IMG/VR virus record: IMGVR_UViG_3300025812_000003
Reading direction: 5' to 3' (one strand)
Length of the DNA stretch: 64,000 nucleotides
Origin: a virus
Part shown: positions 15,290 to 23,818 of the stretch, in pieces
How positions within the stretch are numbered: the stretch's first letter is position 1
How the letters are laid out: each line of letters starts with the position of its first letter
Notes under the pieces: model-generated
The model's database searches: none
What the model was told of the DNA's origin: nothing
What the model saw: the letters and a program-made list of their open reading frames with translations, nothing else
Translations under genes and position numbers: made by a program

Positions 15290-17659
15290 TTATTTAATGT
15301 CAGAATCCCTGACTCCAGTAATGAAACGATACTTCAGGAGTAGAGATTCACTGTCCAAGCTCTCGGCCCTAACAAATACCTCATACACAAATCCTCCATT
15401 TAGGGTGCTATTCCAGACAGCACTTTGCGCCCACGAATCGTTGATGCAACTTTGAATTTCGCTGTCGTTCAGCTTGTCCACCAGGTGCTTTACCCGGCTG
15501 CCCATCCCCTCCTGGCCCATGAGCAGGCCCGACATGCCGGAGAAGTCCCGCTGCTCCACCTGGTCGAGCTGGAGGGAGCCGGTCCCCGGCACCTTGTCCA
15601 GCGGCGGCCGGCTGGTCACCTTCCATGCGCTGATGAACGTGGCCGCCACCTCCGCCATGACCTTCTTGAGGAACGCCCCGAACTGCTCCTTCTCGCCCCC
15701 GAACGCCGCCGCCTGCTTGGCGACCACGTTCATCGCCCCGCCCTCAGGGCCCATGTCGAAGTTCTGGTAGAATTCCTCCTGGAACATCGGGCCCCTGATC
15801 TCGTCCTCAGTCCGGAACGGCTTGCCTTCGAGCACCTGCGGCTTGAAGTCCCTGCCGAGGCCGACCGCCCCCGGGGAGGTGCTGACGTAGCCCAGCTTCT
15901 TCATCCCGTCAAAGGACGCCTCGATGGCGATGTCGAGCTCGGGGTCCTCGTGCGGGTCCCCGACGATCCCCCCTATCGTGGACTCGTTCGTCCCCTTGGC
16001 GACGTCCACCCCGGAATCTACCATGGGGGCGTTCGTGGCGTTGGGGGAGTCCACCAGCTCGTGCTGGAGGTCCGGATAGAATTCCCTGAGCGCCTGGCCG
16101 GGAAAAAAGAAGTTGAAGCCCGCCTCCTTCCCCGCCTTCCCGTCCTTGCGGACGTCCTTTTTCGACGCGACGACCCCGCCCTCCGTTGGCCCCATTTCCC
16201 TTTCCTTCGTCCCCCCGGAGTCGAACTGCACGGTCCCGCCCCTGGCCAGCGTCTCCACCGGGTCCTCGACCTGGTAGTTCTGGTGCCAGTAGACGTTCCC
16301 GTCCGGGTCGCTGATGATGGGGGCGTCGGTCAGCGCCCCGAGGTCCTCGGGGGCCTCCCATCTCCAGCCATTTTCCGTGGCCTCCGCCAGCAGGTGGTGC
16401 AGGGCGTCGACGGTCGCCTCGTTCGCGAGGGATGCCGCCAGCCTCTGACCCTCGTCCGTGGCGGACACCTGGAGGCGTCCGTAGCCGTCCGTGGACAGGG
16501 TCACCAGCCGCCCCGTGAACCCCATATCCTCGGGCAGGTGCTCTTTGACGTCGTCGAGCGCCCCGCCCTCGCCTTCGGGCCTCATGGCCCATTCCTCCAG
16601 CTTGTCCGTGTCCGCCGTCTTGAGCCCCTCGGGCTTCTCCCCGTCGATGTAGCTCTTGTCGGAGGTGACGGCGACGGAGCCCGGGGCGGAGAAGTCCGGC
16701 CCCCACTTCTCGGCCGCGGCCTTGATGAAAGCCTCCGCCGTCTCGGGGGACGAGAAGCTCGCCTCCCGCTTCTTGCCCTTGAGCACGAACTCGACCTTGT
16801 TGTCCTTTGCCATTTTCTTCTCCCTATTAGACTGATGGAAAGCGAAAAGCTCGTCTTCCTCCGCCCCGGCAAGAAGTTCCAATGCCCTCTGACGGGATAC
16901 CTTTTGCGGGGGCTCGTGCAGGCCGTCCCATATTTTTTCGTATTCCGTTTGATGCACTTTGCCTTTCATGAAATTACGAGGCAGGTTGTTGTTTATGACC
17001 AATGTTTTTACATCCACGATATCCTGGCCTCGTACCTGCAATTTGATTTCGGCACCCTTGTAGCTGCCCATAAAGCTCCCTATCTTCAAATCCAACAAGG
17101 TGGGCAAATCGCAAACTTTCGGTTCCGTGTTGATTTCCTGCGGTATGGGGTTGGGAACGTCAGTCCCTTTTATCTTCCATCCGCCTTGGATTATGTCTAT
17201 CTTCACGTTGTTTTCGGGGTCCGAAACTGCTATCGGATTGAGAATCTTATACCCATTCTGGATCAGGATGTACCTCGCTTGCCTGGCATTCGACACGGAC
17301 AAGTCGATGTCCTCGGTGTTGCGGGCATATCCGTGCTCTTGCACGGCAATTGCCCCCACGACCAGGGTGCCCACGCCGTTGGTTCCGAGGATTTTGACGA
17401 CCTTGTTCAAGGCATCTTCCTTGTTACCACTGAATTTCCGTATATGCACGGCCTCTTTGTGGTTGAATCCCGGCTGCGACACATTATCGGCCATGGAAGC
17501 CACTTGTTCCTTTTCGTCGTCCGCCAGCCGCATCCACGGACGGTCGAAGAAATCCACTGGGAACCTGTGGCTTTGCGTCCTCAGCCATCCGATACGAAGG
17601 TGGCCTAGCTTCAGGCCGTCCCATCGCCTTCCGACCTCCGTGTTGTCGATGGCATCCAT
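15290..17659 (-). CDS. Modular protein: N-terminal nucleotidyltransferase-like domain in frame with an acidic putative virion-associated protein (second start at 16813)
   Basis: VVGAIAVQEHGYARNTEDIDL NTase motif. GAGGA RBS before ATG 17659 and GGGAG RBS before ATG 16813, with no stop between them. Confidence 0.7.
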   Translation of the reverse strand: MDAIDNTEVGRRWDGLKLGHLRIGWLRTQSHRFPVDFFDRPWMRLADDEKEQVASMADNVSQPGFNHKEAVHIRKFSGNKEDALNKVVKILGTNGVGTLVVGAIAVQEHGYARNTEDIDLSVSNARQARYILIQNGYKILNPIAVSDPENNVKIDIIQGGWKIKGTDVPNPIPQEINTEPKVCDLPTLLDLKIGSFMGSYKGAEIKLQVRGQDIVDVKTLVINNNLPRNFMKGKVHQTEYEKIWDGLHEPPQKVSRQRALELLAGAEEDELFAFHQSNREKKMAKDNKVEFVLKGKKREASFSSPETAEAFIKAAAEKWGPDFSAPGSVAVTSDKSYIDGEKPEGLKTADTDKLEEWAMRPEGEGGALDDVKEHLPEDMGFTGRLVTLSTDGYGRLQVSATDEGQRLAASLANEATVDALHHLLAEATENGWRWEAPEDLGALTDAPIISDPDGNVYWHQNYQVEDPVETLARGGTVQFDSGGTKEREMGPTEGGVVASKKDVRKDGKAGKEAGFNFFFPGQALREFYPDLQHELVDSPNATNAPMVDSGVDVAKGTNESTIGGIVGDPHEDPELDIAIEASFDGMKKLGYVSTSPGAVGLGRDFKPQVLEGKPFRTEDEIRGPMFQEEFYQNFDMGPEGGAMNVVAKQAAAFGGEKEQFGAFLKKVMAEVAATFISAWKVTSRPPLDKVPGTGSLQLDQVEQRDFSGMSGLLMGQEGMGSRVKHLVDKLNDSEIQSCINDSWAQSAVWNSTLNGGFVYEVFVRAESLDSESLLLKYRFITGVRDSDIK

Positions 17660-17667
17660 CCGTTTCC

Positions 17668-18669
17668 TCAGGGCTCCGCCCCCTCGAAGTCCCTCAGCCT
17701 CGGGAACTCCTTCTGGAGGTCCTTCCATGCCAGCTCCGCCGCCTCGTCGTCGCTCTTCCCCTCGTCCACGTAGAACAAGGCGAAGTCCTATGCGTGCTCC
17801 TCCTCGGGGGTCAGCTTGACCAGCCTGCCGCCGGGGGCGCTTCCCGCCGCCCCGCCTTCGTCGGGCCCGATGGTCCCGAGGATCTTGACCTCCCCGGGGG
17901 CTCCCTTCCTCTTCGTGTCGGCGCATTCCTGGCAGAGCCTGGACTCGATGCCGAGCGCCTCCACCAGCACGGCGGCGGGATGCGGGCATTCCCCCGCGGC
18001 ATGCCGCAGGACGCACGCGCCCTCCTCGCAGCCGCATTTTTCCGGCCCGCCGGAAGCGGGTCGCGGGCCTCCGAAGTCGGCAAGGACCGACAAATAGGTC
18101 AGCCCGGTGCTGGCCTTGATGCCCATCTCCTTCATGAACCGCTTGTCGAAGCTGTTTTCCACCGGCATCCCCTCCCCCCTGGGCGCTTCCCTTTTTTCTT
18201 CCCTCACTGCCCTGTCCTGGGTTTCAGTCTCGTCCAACCAGTTCTCGGCTATCTCGGCCCAGTTCGGTTCCGTCCAGGGCTCCAGCCATCCCGACTGCCC
18301 GCCCATGTCGCTGCGGATGAGGTCCATCGCCTCGGCGAGGACGTCCCCCGCCCGGCTTCCCGTGCTCGGGGGCTTCTTTCCCTCGATCTGCCTGGCCTCG
18401 AACTCCCCGGACTCCGTCCGGGCCTCCAGGGCGTTCTCCTCGTATTCCCGCTTGGCCTGGTCCCTGATGCCCCTGAAGCGCTCGGCGAATTTCCTGGCGC
18501 AAAGGTTGACGATGCCCTGTTTCGGAAGGCCCCTCGACGCCCCCGACGCCATGGCGTGCCGGACGCCCAGCATGGCCGCGTCGTGGGTCGAGCGGCTGTT
18601 CCCGATCAGCAGGTTGACGTACCAGGTCTGCCAGTCCGTCCAGCCTTCAAAGTCGGCCTTCTTGAGCAT
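17668..18669 (-). CDS. hypothetical modular protein with an in-frame TAG at 17788-17790
   Basis: After the TAG the frame continues 39 coding-like codons (DFALFYVDEG..EFPRLRDFEGAEP) to TGA 17668, 8 nt before the next ATG. Confidence 0.65.
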
Positions 18670-18670
18670 C

Positions 18671-21600
18671 CTATCTCCAGCCCGCCTGGGTCGGCAAGTG
18701 CTCCTGGATGTCGTCGAGCGCCCCGCCCTCGCCTTCGGGCCTCATCGCATAATACTCCAGCACCTCGTCGTCGTCGAGGTCCGCCGCCACGGCCTCCAGG
18801 AACCACTTCATGTGCTTCACGTTGCCGACTATCTGGCCGACGTTGGCCGCCACGTCGTAGATGCGCTCGTCGTCGTTGTCGATGAGCTCCTGGGCGAGCC
18901 TGAGCCTCATTTCGCCCTCGGGCGTTAGCCCTCCCTCGCTTGCCCTCTTTCCCGGGGGGGCCACTATCCCCTTCTCGATCAGCTTCTGCTCGTCCTCCAT
19001 GCTCATGTTGCTTTCTTCCGGAATCACGTTCCTCGCCTCGGACTCCAGGCCCGGGCCGCCCACGACGTTCAGGCCGTCGTCCTTCATCCCTTCGATGATG
19101 GCGTCGGCATACCCGTGCTCGATTGCCGCCCCGCCCTCGTACCACTGCCAGTCTTCGAGCTGGAGGTTCTCGTCGATCCATTCCCTGGCGGCGTCGCTTT
19201 TCGGCCTCAGCAGGACGATTGAGCCCAGGTCCTCGACCTCGACGTCGGCCTCCCCCTCGGGGGCGGGCGCTCCTTGCCCGGCCTTCTTCTTGGCGGGGGG
19301 CTCGTTGTTCAGCCCGCCCTCACCGGCCTGCGGGGCCTTGGCGGGCTCCTCCCCCGTCACTTCCGGAAGGTTGGCCGCGAGGTCCGCCAGGTCGCCCAGC
19401 ATCGCCCCCATCCCCATCTCCTCGTCCAGGTCGTCGCCCGTGGCGGCGCATCCCACCTTCGCCGCGTCGATGGGGTCGACGGTGCCGGAGGCGTTCGGGT
19501 TGTCCACCGGTCCCGCCTCGGGCCCGGCATGCCCGACGTCGGACGACGTGCCCAGATCGGCCTGCTTGGCGGCAAGCCTGGCGGGGCCGCCCGGCCCAGC
19601 GGCGGGACCCAGTATGTTGGCATAGTCGAACTTGCCATCGGGGGCATCGGAGTGGAGCTCCGGAATCCTCGCCCTCCCGCTCCAGAATTGCACCCTGTCG
19701 CCTTCCTTGAGGGGAAAGTCCGCCGCATCCCATAGCGTGAAATACCTCGTGCCGTCGATGGTCACCCACGAGTATTCCGAGCCGTCCTCACTGCGTCCGG
19801 CTTCGATTTTCTCGACGGTCCCCTCCCGTTCCGGGGGCTCCTGGTCGCTCTCGCGCACCGACTGGCGCAGTTCGCCCGGCACGTCCGAGCCGGCCGGGAA
19901 GCCGTCCTCGTCCGTAGCTGCCAGCTTCGCCGGGTCGACCGTCTGGGTCGCGGCGGGGTTGTCGGCGAGGGACGACTTCGCCCCCTTGTCGGTCTCCGAC
20001 CTGGCCTTCGCAACGTCCGGGGCCACCCCGTCCGCCGCCTTGGCGAACTTCCCCGGGTCCTCCGTCCTCGTGGCGTCCGGGTTGTCGGCGATGGAGTCCT
20101 TCGCCCCGTGGTCGAGCCTGGACTTGGCCTCGGCGATGTCGGGCGACACGGACTGGTCGGCCTTCTTGGCGGCCAGCTTTTCCGCATCAACGGTCTGCGT
20201 GGAGACGGGGGTGTTCGCCAGCTCGGCCTTGGTCTTGCCCTCCAGCCCGGACTTCGCCTTAGCGACGTCCGGGGCGACGTCCTGGTCGGCCTTTTTGACC
20301 TTCGCCTTGCCGTCCCCCACCGAGATGGCGATGGCGACCTCCGGGTCGTCCTTGGCCTTCTCCGAGGCTCTGATCCCGGCGTGCTCCAACGCGTCGTCCC
20401 ATATGCTCCCGAAGGACTGCACCTGGATGGAGCGCTTCTTGTTCAGGGCCTTCTCCCTCCTGGCGGAGGCGGCCCTGGAGCGCTCGGAAACGGCGGCCTC
20501 GTCCCCGTCCAGCGGGCGGGCGATCTCCTCAGCCACCGCGTCGGCGGTGCCCTCCTCGCCCTTCCTGGCCTCCGCCCTCTGCTGCACCAGCTTGGAGTGC
20601 CCCGTCTCGGCCCTGCGGACCTCGGCATGCGACGCGGCCTTCGCCGTCTTGGGTTTCTCCTTGTCGGTCTTGGGGTCCATCGCCCCCTCGCCGCCCTTCT
20701 CGTTGGCGATGTTGTCCACAGTGTCGGCGGTCTTGCGGCCCTCCCCGACGACCCCGTAGTCCTTCGGGTCCACGGAGCCCGTCACCAGGGGATTGTCCTG
20801 CCATGCCGCCTCGGCGCTCTCGTATCCGAGCCGCCTGGCAAGGCCCCACGTGTCCGAGTATGCCTTGAACTCCTCGAACCCGCCATCGTAGACGTTCTGG
20901 AGGCGATCCTCCCACGTCGCCCGATGGCTGCTCGCCTCCTTCTTGTCATCCTTCTTCTCGTCATCCTTCGTGCCGGGCAGCTTCCCTTTGTTCTTGCAGA
21001 AGCCGCACTCGCAGCCCTTGGCATGGGCGGCCGCCTTTTTGAGCGATCCGCTGTGGGCGTGCATGTCCTGGAGGTGTGACTTGGCCGCCTCCTCGCTCTT
21101 GTGGCTGGAGAGTATCTTACCCGTCTCGTGGGACTTCACGCACCATTCCGCCAGCTCGCCCTTTGAGTTCTTGTGGCCCTTGCAGTGCTCGACGTAGGAG
21201 ACCTTGACGAACGCCGCCCTCTTCCTGGGGGGGAGGCCGATTGCCTTTCCGGCAAGCTCCCGCCAGGTCGGGGCGTAGAACTCGTCGTAGCTCAGGCTGG
21301 TCCTTCCCGGCGCGCCGTCGTTCGCCCACGGTCCCGCCGTCTTGGCGTCGCTGGCCTTCTTCGAGTCCCGGGCCGCCAGCGAGTTCGTGTAGCATGCCCG
21401 GCAGAGGCCCCACTTTTTCCCCTTGGAGTCCGTGTACTGCTCGGTCGCGTCGTTCGGGCAGGGCCTGCTGCCGTTCGGGTTCTGGCACTTTGCCGCCCCC
21501 GTCTTGGGGTTCGGGTCGGGGGCCTTCTCGGGCTCCGTCCCGCGGGTGTTGGCCTTCTCGGCGTCGGTCTTGGGATGGATGATGTTGGCTTCCCCGCCCG

Positions 21601-23176
21601 CCTCGTTCGCCGGGTTGTCCGCCGTGTCGGCGGTCTTGGACGTCCCTTCGTACTTCCGGGAGTCGATCCCGTAGCGCCTCAGGGTCTCCCTTGCCTCCTC
21701 CTTGGTCGGCGGCCCCATCACCCCCGCGATGGTGTCGGGCATGCGCAGGGTCTTTATGGCTATCCGAAGGCGGTGCCATTCGGGGGAGCCCTTCTCGGGA
21801 AGGCGGCCCCCGAACTTCTCGATGTCGAACCCGCCCCTGCTGAGGCCGATCCCGCTGGCCTGCTTGTCCAGGATCCACCCGATGCAGTCCTCCATCGAGG
21901 CGGGGCCCGCGGCCACCTTCCCGTCCTGCCTCACCACGTAGCTGCCCGAGGCCTCCTTCTCGTCGTGGCTGAAGTCCATGCCGCAGTTGCGGCAACGGAA
22001 GTGCTGCCGGGTGCCCAGGGCCCCCAGGTAGGTGCCTTCCCCGCCGCATGCCGGGCAGCTCCCGTGCGGGGCTGTCTCGTCGAGGTACTGGTCCTCCAGC
22101 GGCTCCTCGTCGTCGCTGGTGTCCGTTACCCATCCCTGGGAGCCCGGGTCCCACGCCTTGCCGCTGTTCGGGCATCCCGTCTCGTGGCAGTTCAGGCCGT
22201 TGATGTTCATCATCTCGCACTGGTTGCAGTGCAGGACGTTGGGGTCCTCCTCGTAGTCGGCGGCCTTGGCGACCGGGGAAGCCGACGCCTCCTTCGGCCC
22301 GGTGCCATCGTCGGCCCGGGGCACCTCGGCGTTGGCGTCCGGCTTCTTGTACTTGCTGTCCGCCGCCTCCTCGGGACTCTTCGTCTCGGGCCTCAGGGTG
22401 CCCTTGAGGGCGTCCCCGAGGGCGTCGAACACGTCCATCTCGGCCGGCTCCAGGACTTCCTTGGTTATGGCGTCCGCCGTCTTGGCGTCCAGAAACACCT
22501 TCTTCTTCGCCAGGCCCACCTTGCTCAGCTCCGGGTACGCCCTGAGGGGGTTCTCCGTGAGGGCCGGGTAGGTCAGCTTGGGCGTCACGTCGGTCACGTC
22601 GAGCTTCGTGGTGTCGACGTTGGTCATCAGGGCGTCGAAGCCGCTGGAGACCGCGGGGTTGAAGTAGCACCCGAACACCAGGTGGCGCAGGAGATCCGCC
22701 AGCTTCGCCTCGTCGTCCGTGAACTTGAAGCACACGTACTCCCGTATCCCGCTCCAGGAGGGGGCGAATAGGACCAGCGAGACGTTCTTTCCGTCGACGG
22801 TGAAGCACCTTTCCTTGAGGGCCTTGAGGTGCGCCTTGGCGTCCTCCGGCTCGTCGAACTCGCTCCCCGACTTGAGGGAGACGAGGTCGGCCATCTCCTC
22901 GCCCAGCCCGAGCTCCCTGAGCACCGTGCCGTAGAGCAGGGCGACCGGGAAGTCGTCCGGCTTGTCGCAGACGGACGCGGGGACGACGAAGATGCGCCCT
23001 ATGCAGACGTTCTGCCTGAAGCCGTGGTAGAAGACCTCGAAGCTCTTCACGTCGCCGGAGGAGCGGGCATCCTTCTCGCCCTTCTTGACCGCTTCCACGA
23101 TCTTCTGGAGCAACCCCTCGTTGACCACGAAGGCCTGGTAGCCCTTTCCCGAAATGCTGTTTCCGCTTACGGCCAT
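18671..23176 (-). CDS. ~1500-aa modular polyprotein with internal repeats and zinc-ribbon modules (putative virion/internal protein)
   Basis: Long ORF with consistent codon bias, repeated KxA[SADG] junctions, several CxxC modules and tandem ~42-aa repeats. Confidence 0.8.
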   Translation of the reverse strand: MAVSGNSISGKGYQAFVVNEGLLQKIVEAVKKGEKDARSSGDVKSFEVFYHGFRQNVCIGRIFVVPASVCDKPDDFPVALLYGTVLRELGLGEEMADLVSLKSGSEFDEPEDAKAHLKALKERCFTVDGKNVSLVLFAPSWSGIREYVCFKFTDDEAKLADLLRHLVFGCYFNPAVSSGFDALMTNVDTTKLDVTDVTPKLTYPALTENPLRAYPELSKVGLAKKKVFLDAKTADAITKEVLEPAEMDVFDALGDALKGTLRPETKSPEEAADSKYKKPDANAEVPRADDGTGPKEASASPVAKAADYEEDPNVLHCNQCEMMNINGLNCHETGCPNSGKAWDPGSQGWVTDTSDDEEPLEDQYLDETAPHGSCPACGGEGTYLGALGTRQHFRCRNCGMDFSHDEKEASGSYVVRQDGKVAAGPASMEDCIGWILDKQASGIGLSRGGFDIEKFGGRLPEKGSPEWHRLRIAIKTLRMPDTIAGVMGPPTKEEARETLRRYGIDSRKYEGTSKTADTADNPANEAGGEANIIHPKTDAEKANTRGTEPEKAPDPNPKTGAAKCQNPNGSRPCPNDATEQYTDSKGKKWGLCRACYTNSLAARDSKKASDAKTAGPWANDGAPGRTSLSYDEFYAPTWRELAGKAIGLPPRKRAAFVKVSYVEHCKGHKNSKGELAEWCVKSHETGKILSSHKSEEAAKSHLQDMHAHSGSLKKAAAHAKGCECGFCKNKGKLPGTKDDEKKDDKKEASSHRATWEDRLQNVYDGGFEEFKAYSDTWGLARRLGYESAEAAWQDNPLVTGSVDPKDYGVVGEGRKTADTVDNIANEKGGEGAMDPKTDKEKPKTAKAASHAEVRRAETGHSKLVQQRAEARKGEEGTADAVAEEIARPLDGDEAAVSERSRAASARREKALNKKRSIQVQSFGSIWDDALEHAGIRASEKAKDDPEVAIAISVGDGKAKVKKADQDVAPDVAKAKSGLEGKTKAELANTPVSTQTVDAEKLAAKKADQSVSPDIAEAKSRLDHGAKDSIADNPDATRTEDPGKFAKAADGVAPDVAKARSETDKGAKSSLADNPAATQTVDPAKLAATDEDGFPAGSDVPGELRQSVRESDQEPPEREGTVEKIEAGRSEDGSEYSWVTIDGTRYFTLWDAADFPLKEGDRVQFWSGRARIPELHSDAPDGKFDYANILGPAAGPGGPARLAAKQADLGTSSDVGHAGPEAGPVDNPNASGTVDPIDAAKVGCAATGDDLDEEMGMGAMLGDLADLAANLPEVTGEEPAKAPQAGEGGLNNEPPAKKKAGQGAPAPEGEADVEVEDLGSIVLLRPKSDAAREWIDENLQLEDWQWYEGGAAIEHGYADAIIEGMKDDGLNVVGGPGLESEARNVIPEESNMSMEDEQKLIEKGIVAPPGKRASEGGLTPEGEMRLRLAQELIDNDDERIYDVAANVGQIVGNVKHMKWFLEAVAADLDDDEVLEYYAMRPEGEGGALDDIQEHLPTQAGWR
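19915..20295 (-). repeat. Three tandem ~42-aa coding repeats (ADxxVAPDVAKAKS...ADNP..TQTVDPxKLA)
   Basis: Visible in the translation of the 1500-aa ORF; a diverged fourth copy lies near 19450-19570. Confidence 0.8.
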
Positions 23177-23254
23177 GTCACTTACCCCCTGCCGCACCCG
23201 GCCTCTTTGGTCCGACCGGATGCTTGTAGATTTCGACGATGCGTCTTCCGAGCC

Positions 23255-23818
23255 TCACAGCTTTCCCTTGCCGCCTATCTTGTCGGTTTCACGGCGAATC
23301 TGGGGCTCGGCAAGGGTCATCAAGTCCCTATAGTGCTTCATGATGCTCGTGCGCTGGTCCTCCAGGACCCCGGCCTCCCTCAGCGCCTTGTCGAACAGGG
23401 CAACGATCTGGCCGAGGGCGAACTTGAACTTCTCCCCGTCGAACCTCAGGATGTCCTTCTTGTTCAGGACCTCCGTGTCCATGAGCTGCTTGCCCATCTC
23501 GCGGAGCGCCTTGATGAGGTCGGAATACGCTTTTTGCTGGTACGCCTTCAGGTAGTCCCGCCGCTGCTCCGCCATCTCCTTCGTGATGCAGGCGAGCTCC
23601 GCCGATATCAGGCGACTTATCTCGGTGGGGTCGGCCTCGGTGTCCTGGATCAGCGTGTAGATGGCGTCCAGCCGCGTCGTGTCCGGGCGCACGAGCGGTG
23701 TCGTGGTGGTCTCCCCGTCCGGGCCTATCTGCGCGAACACGGGGCCGGAACGGGACACGTTCCCGTCCTCCCCTATCCTGATCTCCTGCTCCATCGCCAC
23801 GCCCGTCGCCTTGCTCAT
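23255..23818 (-). CDS. hypothetical helical protein
   Basis: ATG 23818 overlaps the upstream TGA; coding-like composition. Confidence 0.7.
   Translation of the reverse strand: MSKATGVAMEQEIRIGEDGNVSRSGPVFAQIGPDGETTTTPLVRPDTTRLDAIYTLIQDTEADPTEISRLISAELACITKEMAEQRRDYLKAYQQKAYSDLIKALREMGKQLMDTEVLNKKDILRFDGEKFKFALGQIVALFDKALREAGVLEDQRTSIMKHYRDLMTLAEPQIRRETDKIGGKGKL

Noticed and set aside
17660-18037. N-terminal extension of the 915-aa ORF in the track
   Set aside because: Arg/Gly-rich off-frame shadow of the upstream gene; an RBS-supported ATG lies at 17659.
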